Origin: Anthoceros angustus
Taxonomy: Eukaryota > Plantae > Anthocerotophyta
Direction of reading: 5' to 3'
DNA: 64,000 bases
Assembly (NCBI GenBank): GCA_010909165.1
Contig: MU008171.1
Span: 1,302,001-1,366,000, forward strand
Below the pieces are notes generated by a model. That model searched no databases and was not told where the DNA came from. It was given only the letters and a program-made list of their open reading frames with translations. The translations under genes were made by a program, and so were the position numbers. The first letter of the stretch is position 1. Every line of letters starts with the position of its first letter. Of this stretch, positions 26,241 through 39,164 are shown piece after piece.

Positions 26241-27050
26241 AAGTGCCACCTACACAAATCCCATGGCTCGCTCATATTGTGGGCTACTTCATTTCCTTCG
26301 TGTCCAGCACCATGCCTTCCTCCTTTCCTAAATGCATAGATCACCTTGCCTTGACGAGCGTGGCCATGCCCTTCTTGGTTTTCCCACCACGCTCACCGGG
26401 TAGTGGGGTAACTTGTCTCCCTTGCGCAATGGTTGTGACCGGCTGCCCCGACCTGTGATGTCATCTACACAAGGCTGCTTCCGTATCATTAACCGCCGGT
26501 GATGCCTTAGGTTGTCACACCGCCCACATTAGTCCGTGGTTACGCACCCGATGTGCATATGAGCCGGCCTCACAAGATCCACACTAAGCTCTTCCCCAGC
26601 CAACTTCTCGAAGTTGCCCATATTGTTTCCGAACACCCTCACGTCACGAAAGCACCACACACGCCAAGCACACATACCAAATAGGATGGTTAGTCGCTTG
26701 CACTTCAAGATCCGAATGACTTCCACCGCTAGTTCCATGCCATTCGAGCCACGGCCACCAAAAGTTTTGCATTCCCATCCCGCAATCAACATATCCACTG
26801 CACCCAATGGCTTCAATTTGACGCTTTCCTACCAATAAGATATCGCAGTAGCACCGCTGCATCCTTGATTGCCTCTCGCCATCAACGCGGGGTACTCCTT
26901 TGCACCGAATGATTCGGTCCCGCCACCGTGACGCCGCCTTTCATCCAAATTTCACATGTGTATTTTTTTATCCAAATGCCACCTCAAAGATCGCCTAACC
27001 TTGTCGATCCCGAGCAAAGCTCCATCGATGAATGCCCCGCCCGCTTCCAT
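26241..27050 (-). CDS. Family A DNMT3-like C5 cytosine methyltransferase, motifs I-IX, copy 1 (frameshifted)
   Basis: Motif I-like MEL.SG...GIWIKKY (~27030), motif IV GAVDMLIAGWEC (~26770-26805), motif VIII GSYAHRVRN(Y/H)..TN (~26530-26570), motif IX ERAMGF (~26255-26275). Confidence 0.85.
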
Positions 27051-27373
27051 CGAATCACTTTATTGTTGATCCGGCAGCTTTTAGCCGGATTCAAAACCGC
27101 ATCTTCTGTAGGCTGCCTCGGGCACACACGTTAAGGGACACTCCCGAGCCCCTCCTGGATGTGTTCTCGTGGCCGCACCAATCACGGGTGTTCCCGACAT
27201 GTGCAAGCACCTCTCGTGGTCATCCAAGTCTCTTCCTCATCGCTCTTCTGCTTCCCACACCTCACCGTGAACGCCTCAACAAGCATGCGGTGACCGCACG
27301 GCTGTTTTTCCCGCCTCCTCATGCTTTTTAATTATGGCTATGTGCGAGAAGTCCCCTGCCTCGCCATCATGTC

Positions 27374-27721
27374 TCAGAATGCCACCGAATGTAGTGGGTC
27401 TACTCCCATTGTCGGTCCGTGTGTGGCGTCAGCGCCAAGCAGCACATCATAATGTCTTGCGTTAGATACCAAGCAATGAACCTCAATGACCGAAGCATCC
27501 TCGGTGTCTGGCTTGAGCTCTATGCGAATCGGATCCCGTGTGATCCCCATCACTTGCTCTTTGGTACCCGTGGACGTGGTGATGCGCACCTCACATGGCC
27601 TCTTCCATATCCTCACTGGTATACTAAACTCCTTTTGTGTCAATGACCAAGTTTTAACTGCTGGCCGTTGTCTTCCTTGAATTCTCGGCCTTACGCTTAT
27701 TGTGAGAGCTCGAGCTTTCAC
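27374..27721 (-). CDS. Family A aspartic protease
   Basis: LVIDT active-site segment (ttggtcattgacaca on the minus strand) and C-terminal HYDVLLG. Confidence 0.7.
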   Translation of the reverse strand: MKARALTISVRPRIQGRQRPAVKTWSLTQKEFSIPVRIWKRPCEVRITTSTGTKEQVMGITRDPIRIELKPDTEDASVIEVHCLVSNARHYDVLLGADATHGPTMGVDPLHSVAF

Positions 27722-30007
27722 CGCTCAGCAACGCTTGGTCTCCCACTTCTCAAAGATTTCATCCACGCATTTCCACACCTCATCATCCACCTTTGCAACA
27801 TAATAATCCAAAGGTCCGCTGTCCACGAGGCGGTGATAATCGACCTTAGGTCCATGCTTACCGCATCCCACTTGGGAACCCCGCCAGCCAAGCATATATC
27901 TCCAACTTCCAGCCTAAGTCACACTTCACCCCATCAACTAGCCTCGGCCTTCATCTCGCTTTGATGTACCTCACACGGTTGATGAAAGTAAAATCTTCCT
28001 AGCATCCGCAATGGTGTTGTGATCGGCAACCTCATCTCCTCATGTGTGAGGCCAAGAATATATGCATCCATCCACCTATACTCTTGAACCAATGGATACA
28101 TGTCGGCTAGTCTAGATCCGCCCGGAAGGAATGATTCCTCCCAATACATAAAATTTGTAAACCCCCATTCCACCTTATCCATGTCAAAGAAGTTCTTGTT
28201 GGGACATCATGGGTCTATACGACAATCATTGGCAAAGACACCAACCACCACCCACGTGGAATGCTTCATCTTTTACATCAAAGCCTCCACTCAAGCCAGG
28301 TCTAGCTTACGCTTGAACCGACAAAGTTCTTCCGGCGATCTACAACTGATGGATGCAGCTTTAACGTGGACTCCTGCACTCTTTCCGCAATTGCCTCTTG
28401 ATGAGAATCATATACAAGCTCAAGCAATATGTGTTGCATTACATTCATAATAGAAAGTACATGCCTTTATGTAGGCAAGGTTGTTGTAACCAATAAGTGG
28501 TTGTAACAACTAACCAATTAAATAACTACTAAAAGAAACTACCTAGAGCCCTAAGGACTAAATTAATTATTAAGTGCTAGGTGCCCTAGTGAAGAGTGCC
28601 CTAATAGTAAGCTATTTTATCACTCCCACTCACTATGAACTAGGGTGATTTTCCGACTAAAAAAGAGGTCAAGGAAAACTAGTCTAGCAAAAACTAGTCC
28701 CTAACTAAACTTTACTTAAAAGCATAAAGTAAAACTTAAACTAAAAACTGAAAGTAATAATCACTATTAAAATAAATCCCACTTAAGGAGAACTGTGGTG
28801 AGAAACTAATAACCCAACTTAAGTAATTAGGTTGAATTAAAACTAATTAAATTGTATTTAAAGGAATTTATATAGGGAAATTCCAGAAAATAGCCTAATT
28901 TCCGAAAAGGAAAATCAAAAGGATAATAGGTAATACCCTCCTTCCTCCACTTCGCGACTCGATAAAAAGTTTTGGTGGTGGTACATGCAGTCCGATGGCG
29001 ATGGCAGAGGGATGGCCACCGCAGCAGGCGCCCAATCCCCGCCCACGGAGGAGGCGCCACGCAGCACCATCGCGCCTCGCCCAGAGCCCCGCCTCTCTCC
29101 GCCACGCGCCGCGCCGTAGGTCAGGCACGCCTTCCGCCTAACTGTCCAATCCGGCCCCGGCGCGCGACGCCCACGCTTTGCTGGGCGCCACAAGAAGGAC
29201 AGAGGGCGCCCCCACCACGATGCCCATAGTCGATATGAAGAGCCTCTCCACACCTCACTGCATTTCGCACTTTCGTAAAGAAACCTCGCATCTATCATTG
29301 ATCCGACTCATCCTCGGAGGATGAAGTCAAAATGTATGCCTAAGGATGCTATTTTATATATTTACTATATTTATTTTCTCAAAGACATATGAGGAGGCGC
29401 CCCAAGGCCCATGGGGGGTGTGTTAGGGCCGGCCGGGCGCCTATGGCCAAGGCATGGCGTAGGTAGGGGGCGCTGCACCCAAGGGAGGGCAGGCGGCTGG
29501 GGGCGCCGGCCACGGCGCCATGGGCAAGGTGTGTTAGGGGAGGGCACCGAACGGCGACACAAGGTGGTGGTGTGCAGGAGGACGCCGGCCGCCCATGGGC
29601 GTGTGTTAGGGGAGGCGCCGGCCGCCCATGGCGGTGGTGGCAGGCGTGTTGGGGTGCCGCCGGCCGCCCATGGGCAGGGAGGCGCCGCCGCCGGCGCCCA
29701 TGAGTGGCATGTTGGGAGGGCCGGCCGGCCGCGCCTCCCTAGCTCCACCCGCCACCCACCGACGGGTGGTGCAGGAGGCGCGGCCGGGCCGCGCCCGCCT
29801 CACAGATCGCCTGTAGGCCCACGGGTGGCAGAGGAGGCGCCGGCGCCTCCGCCACGCCAACCACCAGTGGGCAACGGTGGGCGCTTAGCGAGGGCGCCCG
29901 ACCGCCGGCGCCTCCTCCACGCGCCACCCGCTTGGGTCTACGATGGGTGGTGCGTGAGGGAGGCGGCGGCCGCTCACGCCTCCGCTCGCGCCTCCACCAC
30001 GGGCATT

Positions 30008-32185
30008 GACGTGAAACTGATGCTAGGAACTAACTCTAGAAGCTAGGGCTTAGCAAGTAGGTTTTGTTAGCTTAGTTTAACTGGTACCGAGCATTACTAA
30101 AATGCCCTTAAACAGAAAGTCGGAAATAACCCGCAAAATGGCCAAGCTTGGGCCAGTCTCCTCTCACACGGTGGGAGAAAGCGTATATGATCACTCCAAT
30201 CCAAGAGGATGCACCAAGAGTGGTGGTGCATCGTATCACGACGCAAGGTGGTTGCAAGGCGGTTATGGAGCACAAGACCAAGGCGGCGGAAGGCGCTTGT
30301 CAAGTCCTAGGAGGAACGCTAGCTAAACACACGCAATTTTGTTGTTGTCGAATTTCTAGGTCAGAATGCAAAGACCTGTGTATGCGCTGCTCAAGATTGT
30401 GGCAATGTGTAATGTGTGTTCATGGGACTTATCAGCTCTAGGCAGCCCGTGTAGGGCAGCCCTTTAATTTTCTCGAATCGAAGTGAGCATCAAGACATGT
30501 GAGCGCCGGTGCATGTCTACTTTACAACCGCTCGAGAAGCATTCAACTTGATTCTGCCTTGGCCTGGAGCAGGAGGAGTCTGCACCCACGGGTCAGCTTG
30601 ACCCCCTATGGGCTTGACGTGGTGTGCATTTTGCTAGGGTTTCGTGCATGGTCGATTGTCAGGACTTGTTGGGTTTTACGGCTCAAGGGTGCTGGGTGCG
30701 GATTTTCCAGGCCAGCTGTGTGCCCGCTGCCGCACAACTCAAGGCCCTCTCATAATTTTTGAAGGGGAATATACTAACCCCTTCTACATAAAGACCCCTT
30801 GTCACGAAGAACACCTTACCTAAAACAAGATATTAGCCCTACTTTGATAATGCACACACCCTTTCCGAGGTCATACCATGATAAAGACGACTTTCAAGTG
30901 AACACCCTAGAAATGGAGCACGAGGGTGCGGGTCTGCATTTTTGTAGAATGTTTAGAGGGCTGCCATTTTATATGTTTATTACAACCGAAAACTTTTACT
31001 TTGAAGTGGTGGAACACAATGAAACAATCGTACTAGAGGGAGTCTCATTTTAATCATCGAAGAACATTGCAACAAACATCCGCTAAAGGAGGGAGTGGTC
31101 ATCGATCGACAATAGTCATTGAAGAGTGCGGCTCGACTCATCCATGCCTTGCATCGACACCGAGTCAAGAACCACCGCCATATTCGGATGCGGTCCATAT
31201 CGTCGCCTCAAAGTTATCGCTCTCCATTGCTTGCCTGCCTTCAATAGTATCATTCCCCGGCCCACCATCCGACGGTGGATCGCCACACGAGGTTGCTTTC
31301 AATTTGCATACCATCTTGTTTGCCTCGTTGAGACGAATCCGTTGGTATCATTTTTGTCTACTTTCGAGTGAGAAACAGGTGGACTGAATGCCTGGGAGAA
31401 GTTGATCACTAAGGGTTTTAGTTGGGGAATTTGGCTATGTGCACCAACACTTCTCTTGTCGGGTAGGTGCTGGGTCTTGTACAGCACGAGCACGAGGAGT
31501 GAGTCGCTGAACAGGCTGAGGATTCTCGCGGTGAGTGAGGCATCGAAAAAGCTTGAGGTAGGGGAGGATCCGAGTTGCGATTGGCGTGTTCGGTTTGTGT
31601 TTCACACCGATTCGCAGCTAAGGTTTTCCTCCGCACCGACAATTGATGCTGGCTTCCTTGACTCATCGGCCGATTACATGGGGCATGCCACCGTGAAGAG
31701 GGAGATAGCCCACTGCATCGCTTGAACGAGGGACGTGCCACCTGTGGTTTTCGTGAGAAGGAGAAGGGCACCACACAAGATTTGTCCTTAGAGGACCTAC
31801 CAGCAGGAGCCCGGACAAGGATCCTTTGGCACCAGGGGTTAGCTGGTCCCCACTTACCTTGTGCAGTGACTATAAGGAGGAGCAGGTGCAGTGGGAGTGC
31901 ACCGCTGGAGGGTCGGGATTAGGCCTTTCCTCGTGGCTCGCCCGCATTTATCATGTAAGACCTGTGGCAAGAGGACCTGCCCTGTGATTCCGACACGATG
32001 GAAGGAGGGCCAAATGGCTGAGAAATTCGGGCCAGAACACAATCGTTGAGGGATTTTAGGAGTCAATGAGGCAATTAGGGTCAAGTTCAAACATGGGGCG
32101 ATAACCACCTCTACATGTTCGAATCTATCAAGATACATGGTGATGAGGCCTCGGATTTGTATGAAGCCCACCAAGCGAGCCGACC
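30008..32185 (+). mobile_element. Truncated 5' copy of family C element (X repeat 30008-30517 plus leader), chimeric with block D; a further C fragment lies at 33222-33805
   Basis: Nearly identical to 50225-51943. The fragment 33222-33805 matches 56560-57143 (integrase). Confidence 0.8.
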
Positions 32186-35100
32186 AACCCCGCAAAGTGA
32201 CACGCGACATTAGTGAGAGCTCGCGATCCTCCGCCCCGCTTTCAAAGGAAATTGCAATCGTGTTCTTGCCCTTCCAAAGATTCATAGCCTCTATCCCGGG
32301 TTGGAGCCTCCGGTCAAGCCGCCGCCCGCACCCCAGCCTCACACACTTCATCATAATTCACGCCTACCTATGAGACTTCCAATTGCTCTCACGATAATTT
32401 TTGAAGGGGAATATACTAACCCCTTCTAAAGACCCCTGTCCTAAGAACACCTTACCTAAAACAAGATATTAGCCCTACTTTGATAATGCACACACCCTTT
32501 CTCGAGGTCATACCAGTTGATAAATGCCGCACTTTCAAGTGAACACCCTAGAAATGGAGCACGAGGGTCTGGCCCGCATTTTTGTAGAATGTTTAGAGGG
32601 CTGCCATTTTATATGTTTATACAACCGAAAACTTTTACTTTGAAGTGGTGGAACACAATGAAAACAACTGCATTAGAGGGAGTCTCATTTTAATCATCGT
32701 AAGAACATTGCAACAAACATCCGCTAAAGGAGGGAGTGGTCATCGGCATCGACAATAGTCATTGAAGAGTGCGGCGACTCATCCATGCCTTGCACCGACA
32801 TCGAGTCAAGAACCACCGCCATATTCGGATGCGGTCCATATCGTCCGCCTCAAAGTTATCGCTCTCCTCCATTGCTTGCTCGCCTTCAATAGTATCATTC
32901 CCCGGCCCACCATCCATGACGTGGATCGCCACACAAAGATCTAGGGTTTGCCGACCTCATCCAAAAGGTCGCCAATGTAGTCTTCAACCTTCCGCACTCA
33001 ATGCAACCACTTGGGCTTTAAGGCAATGCCGTCCTTAAAATGAACAAAGTTAGTTGCCCATGCGCCCATGCAAGCATCCTTAAAATCAACAAAGTTGAGT
33101 TATTAAAAGATATGGGTTTTGAACCCAAACCTATTCATTACTAAACCTTTTTCCCAAACACTAGACCAACAATCCCAAGTTAAACCAATGGAGCCACTAC
33201 ATATTTATTTTCTCAAAGACAATGAGGAGGAGATTGGTGCCGATGTCATGTCGCGCTTTTGTTGCCATGACCGCCTTGGATGATTGGTTTGCTTTCAAAT
33301 TAATGCAAAGGACATTTGGGAAGATGTGAATGCTCTTCAAGATTTGCACTGAAGTATGGACGAGGCCCGACCCACCGAAAAGAACAGGTGCAGCAGTCAA
33401 TAAGACTATTGGCGTGATGGCTACATGATTCAAGTCGGGCAATGGTGTCGAGCGCTTGGTGCCACCACCGTGATAGGGTGACTGATACGCCGTGTGCACG
33501 ACGACATGGTCACTTTGGTGTGAAGCGGACTTCACCGCTCACACCTCATTTTTATTGGTATGGGATGCAACCAGAGAATGTGGCTCCGTGAGCCTTGTGA
33601 CCGAGTCAAGGCCTCCTTTACTATGCAAAGACCCGGTTCCACCCTCCGCCCATCATGGGCTTGTTCACCGGTCCTGACCTCATTGGAGAATTGACTAGGA
33701 CGCCGAGAGGCAATGTCTACATACTTGTCATGATGGAGCATTTCTCCAAATGGGTGGAGGTTGTGGCTCTATCGATAAGTCCTCAAAGCACGCCCTGCAT
33801 TTTTGTAGAATGTTTAGAGGGCTGCCATTTTCATATATGTTTAGTACAACCGAAAACTTTTACTTTGAAGTGGTGGAACACAATGAAAACAATGCTAGAG
33901 GAGTCTCATTTTAATCATAGAACATTGCAACAAACATACGCTAAAGGAGGAGTGGTCGCCGGCATCGACAATAGTCATTGAAGAGTGCGGCTGGCGACTC
34001 ATCCATGCCTTGCACCGACCGAGTCAAGAACCACGCCATATTAGGATGCGGTCCATATCGTCCGCCTCAAAGTTATCGTTCTCCTCCATTGCTTGCTCGT
34101 CTTCAATAGTATCATTCCGGGCCCACCATCGGCGGTGTGGCACACAACATCTAGGGTTTGCCCTCATCCAAAAGGTCGCCCGGTAGTCTTCAACCTTCTG
34201 GCACTCAATGCAACCACTTGGGCTTTAAGGCAATGCCAGCGTCCTTAAAATGAACAAAGTTAGTTGCCCATGCGCCCATGAAAGCATCCTTAAAATCAAC
34301 AAAGTTGAGTTATTAAAAAAATATGGGTTTTGAACCCACAACCTATTCATTACTAAACCTTTATCCCAAACACTAGACCAACAATCCCAAGTTGGAAACC
34401 AATGGAGCCACTACATATTTATTTTCTCAAAGACTATGAGGAGGCGGGTGTGCAGGGGGAGGGGTGGCCAGTAGGGGCATGGCGTGTTGGTGGGGCCGGC
34501 CGCGCAAGGGAGGCGGGGCGTCTTTGGGCGCCGGCGGCGCGCCCATGGGCAGGTGCTAGGGAGGCGCCGGCCAGGCGCACATGGGCGAGTGTGCTAGGGA
34601 GGCCGCCGGCCACCCATGGCGGTGTGTGCTAGGGAGGCGGCCCGGCCCCCCGGCGGGCGTGTTGGCGGCGCCCATGGGCGGGTGCTAGGGGAGGCCGGCG
34701 GGCCCCCATGGCATCTTGGGGAGGCGGGGCGCCTCCCTAGCTCCACCACTGCCACGGGTGGTGCTGGGGAGGCGCCGGCGCGCGCCGCCTGCGCCGCCGT
34801 GGGCCCACCGATGGGTGGCGTGTAGGAGGGCGCGGCGGCGCCCTCCTGTGGGCTCACCGTGGGGTGGGCAAGCAGGTGGTGCGGGCGCCTGCGAGCGGCG
34901 GCGGCGCCCTCCTCCGCCACCCGTCGGTGGGTCTCGTATGGGTGGTGCGTGGAGGGCGGTGGCCGCTCTCGCTCCACCCGTCGGCTCGGTGGTGTGCGGG
35001 GAGGCGGCGCGGCGGCGGCGCCATCCTCTCCGCGCACCACTGTAAACCCCGACGGGTGGTGCGCGGATGGGGCGGCCGGCGGCGGCGCCCTCCTCACGCC

Positions 35101-38100
35101 ACCCGTGGGGCTCTGGTGGTGGTGCGCGTGGGGCGCCGGCCGGCACCCTCCTCCACCGACCTTATGCCGACGGGTGGAGCGAGCAGAGGCGCCGGCCGCC
35201 GCCTCCCTCCACGTGCCATTGTGGCCCTCCCTTCCACACACTCAGACGCCACTTCCATCGAAAATTCAGAGGCTAACCTTAGAAGCAACCTTGGAATGAA
35301 GGCTAACCTTAGAAGCAAATGCTGCCCAAATCGAGCCAAGATTTGGTCGAGTGTAGAGGATACTCCTCCTAAACATCTCAGATGTGGACAAAAAGCGATA
35401 AGGGATAAGCTCGAGTTGCGTATTTAATACAACTACAGTCAAAGTGCCGTTGAAGATAATGATGACAATGCGGAGAAGCTGGACCAAGTGATGATTAAGG
35501 ATTGAACTCGGGATGAAACCCAAATCTGCTTTTTCCCGGTCCCAGTTAATGTTGTAAGTCGGTTGCAATATCGTGTTAGGAAATACCGCCCATGGCTTTT
35601 GTGGTGTCATAACAAAACCACATTTTCCTCCCAAAATCGAGTTTACCGTCCCTTCCCGGCAGAACGGCCTTCCTCACCGCTCCTACTTTGCATTATTCCC
35701 GAGGTTCGAGTTTCATACCACCATTCGACACAAACATTGCCGGATGGAAAGTAGTAACTTTATCGGTGACACCTTTTTTCGAGCCGTTTTTCAATGCCTT
35801 CAAAACGCTGCTTTTAGGGCCCATCAATAACCCCTTCGTAGATTATTTATGAAACCCCTTCAAGATTATTCACCCCTTCAAAATTATCATGTTCTGCCTC
35901 CCGCCTCACAGACAAGATCACACGCCCCGCCCGGATTATTTCGCCCCACGCCTGCCCTTCACGACTGCTATCTCGGTGATAAAATGCATTCAATGCACTG
36001 CCACCCTAAAAATTCCTTTTAACCTCAAAGACTGCCCATGTAAGCCATTCATGCGGCCCCCACCCCTATGTCGGATCGCGAAGGGCACATCGGTGATATT
36101 CACTCCATCCGTATCACCGTGAGAGGAGGCCCTGCAAAACACATGATATCCCCGATTACATTTGTCACAAAGGATAATTAGCTCCGGGTCCGTGATGTGA
36201 CCACAAAATTCGCAAGGCAAGTCAATCGGTGGTTTCCCACGTACCGAGTCTCGTGTCCAAGTTAAGTGTGGCATGGTGCCAAGTGACTCATATGCTCCTT
36301 ACAACGCCGCCCATCCCGTCCTTCCAATTCAATGACACCGCTCACCCACACTCACCACCAGAAAATTAACGCCCAAGCTTACATCCAACGTGCTCAAGGC
36401 TTGTAAAGTACACAAAGTCCCCCACTTGAAACTTCCTCGCCTTGTTTCCACGAGCCACCTCGCGTAAAGGCATACCGAGGTGGTCCCAATGTTGGGCAAT
36501 GGCTGTTGTCCATGGCCATGGATTACCCATTAAACAAAGCTTGGCCTGGCTTTTGCAACCCAAGAGACACTCTTCCGGATTCTCGTGCCCGCCTACTAGT
36601 TTGGAATAGGTATCCGCCACAATATTTGGCATCATAGCTCCGTCCAAACATGATGTAATACGGGCTGAAGTTGCCCAGGCACCGCATTAATCGATCCTAT
36701 ATCCCAATGCCACATATGGCAACAACTCATCCCAAGAGCAGCGGCCTCAATCTCAAAGGTAATATTTGCGAGAGAATCCTTGAAAGTTTGCACTAACTGC
36801 TCCGCCAACCCCGCTTGAGGATGGTCCCAGATGTGCGCGGTGATCTATCGTGCTCGATCCAAGAGTGCTTGAATTCACCGCGAAACTCATTGCCTTGGTC
36901 CGTCAACACCTCGCACAACTCCCATATCTCACGAGAACATCAGAAATGCCCGGCCGTACTTGGAGCTCCCGATCGGGAGAAAAGCCAACTCCACCCACTT
37001 TGAAAAGTGCTCTATCATCAACATGCAATGCTTGTTGCCTTGTCTTGTCATCGCGCTCGTACATCAGTCACGTAATTACCCAAGAACAATCCCTTGATAG
37101 GCCGAATGTAGTACCACATCCTGGTCAAGTAAACCTTGCCTTCACCGCATCGCACGCAAAGACATCGCGCCACCACTGCTCCACATCGGCACATACCGAC
37201 CAAAAGTATGTATTCTTCAAAGATGTGATGTGTTCTCTTGACGCCAAAATGCCCCAACGCTTTGTGCACCTTGATCACTAATGGTCTTCTTTCCTCCACG
37301 GAGGCACCTCCTTGCTCACCCTCGATCAACCACAAACACTTTACCGTCCTTGTATGTATAGCGAGCGATTCTTCACTGCAGCTGGAGGGCCATCACCACA
37401 TCACCACATGCCCATCCTCAACAATCGAATGGCATGCTCGAGCTTCCATATGTCTCGACCCCTTCCGACGCCTGTTCACCGCTTGCTTCTATGGACATCA
37501 ATGCCAAATATACACCGGCACGCAATGCGTAGATCCGAAATCTTGTCTCGCCCAAGTGGTGTCTTCGCCCCACACATCGGGTTCACCGAGCCCACTCCAA
37601 GATTGAGATGCACCTTTCCCCGGCATACAATTTGCATGTCATATTCGGATAGCAACAAAGCCCACCTAGCAAGCTTCCCGCTTCATGTTGGTCATCGCGG
37701 TGTAGATGGTCCGTGACCAATCGAAAACTTTGGCCAAATGTGTACACTCTAAAATGCAACCGCCCATACCGCAGCAAGACACTCTCCTCATAAGACGAGT
37801 AATTCGCCTCCGCAGTTGTTGTTCGACCGCCGCGATGCTACAACCCGCTTCTTCCTTCCTCATCTCGCTGGGCAAGCACGGCCCAATGCCTACCGCACTC
37901 CAACTGTGATATAGGACGAAGGGCCTCGGTTGGGCCTTTTAAGCATTGGCCTCTCGCCAACTACCTTCAACTCGTGCCACGCTTGCTCCCCGCCTCCCGC
38001 CTCCCGCCTCCCAAAGGCTAATGGGCTTCCTTCTTGAGCAACTCATATAATGGCTTGCAGGTACTGCTCATGTTTCTGATAAACCGGCGGTAGTAATTCA

Positions 38101-39164
38101 CCAACCCCAAGAATGCTCTCAGGGCGGCTATATCCTTCGGTCTGGGCATGAAACTCACTGCTTGCACTTTGGCCAACTGTGGCAGCACACCCCCTGGTAC
38201 AATCTTATGCCCCAAGTACTCTATCTCCCTGTATGCGAACTTACATTTCTTGGGATGGGCCTTCAGTCCAGATTTGGCCAAGCCACAAGAGCACTTCTAA
38301 GTGCTCAAGGTGTTCCTCCGTGTTATTGCTAAACACCGTAATGTCATCGATGTAGCACTTGACAAATGCTAGCCCTTGCGCTCCAAGTCGCCCACTGCTG
38401 AAAATATATGGACGTTCTTCAACCCGAACGGCATGGTCTCCCACTCCCACAGTGCTCTTTGCCCCAAAACTGCCTTGCACTTGTCCTTCTCCTCAATCAC
38501 AATCTGATTGAACCCGATCGAAAATCAAGGGTGATGAAGTATTTGGCCTCCAATAGCGCCAAAGATCTTGTCGAGTGGGCATGGGATACCGCTCCATGGG
38601 CGTTATTTCATTGATTCTGTAATCCCCACACATTCTCCTATCCTTCCATTCCCCATGCTCATCCTTCTTGAGTGGCAACACCAGAGCAGATATTGCGAGG
38701 TCGACTGATCACGCCGCAGCCTCCTTGCACCGCTTGTCTCGACATCCCATTCCACGGGACTCGCTTTGTGTCTTCTTCAAACATGGTTCATTGGTGGTCG
38801 TGGTGATCTTGAACTTGATGCGATCCATCAACTCGGCCCAACCGAACGCAAAGGTGCCTCGATTCGAGTAACATGTTTCGATCCTTTGTCACGCCGGTTG
38901 CAAATCTTCACATATTGCCAATCATCGGCCGGACTCTCATGGTTCCTTTCCTATGGCGAGGGAGAGTGGTGTGGCGGCATGTTCTTGCTTTTCAGTGCGG
39001 ATGTAGGTTCATCTTTCCGTCATGCATCATCGATGCTCCTTGCCATCCTTTCGACACATGGCTATCAGATGGCTGCCCGCAGATATCAACCATTGCACAA
39101 GTCATGTCAAGGCTTGCCCGATCAACTCACACTGAATGATTCGTACACACCATGCGTGTAAGTG

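Larger units (their letters stand above)
14012..30005 (-). mobile_element. Ty3/Gypsy retrotransposon family A, copy 1: PR - DNMT - RT - RNaseH - INT - PHD, interrupted by element B
   Basis: Domains read in Gypsy order on the minus strand: protease ~27374-27721, DNMT 27050-26241 + 18819-18690, RT ~18450-17850, RH ~17600-17250, INT ~16960-16000, PHD ~15880-15710. Confidence 0.9.
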
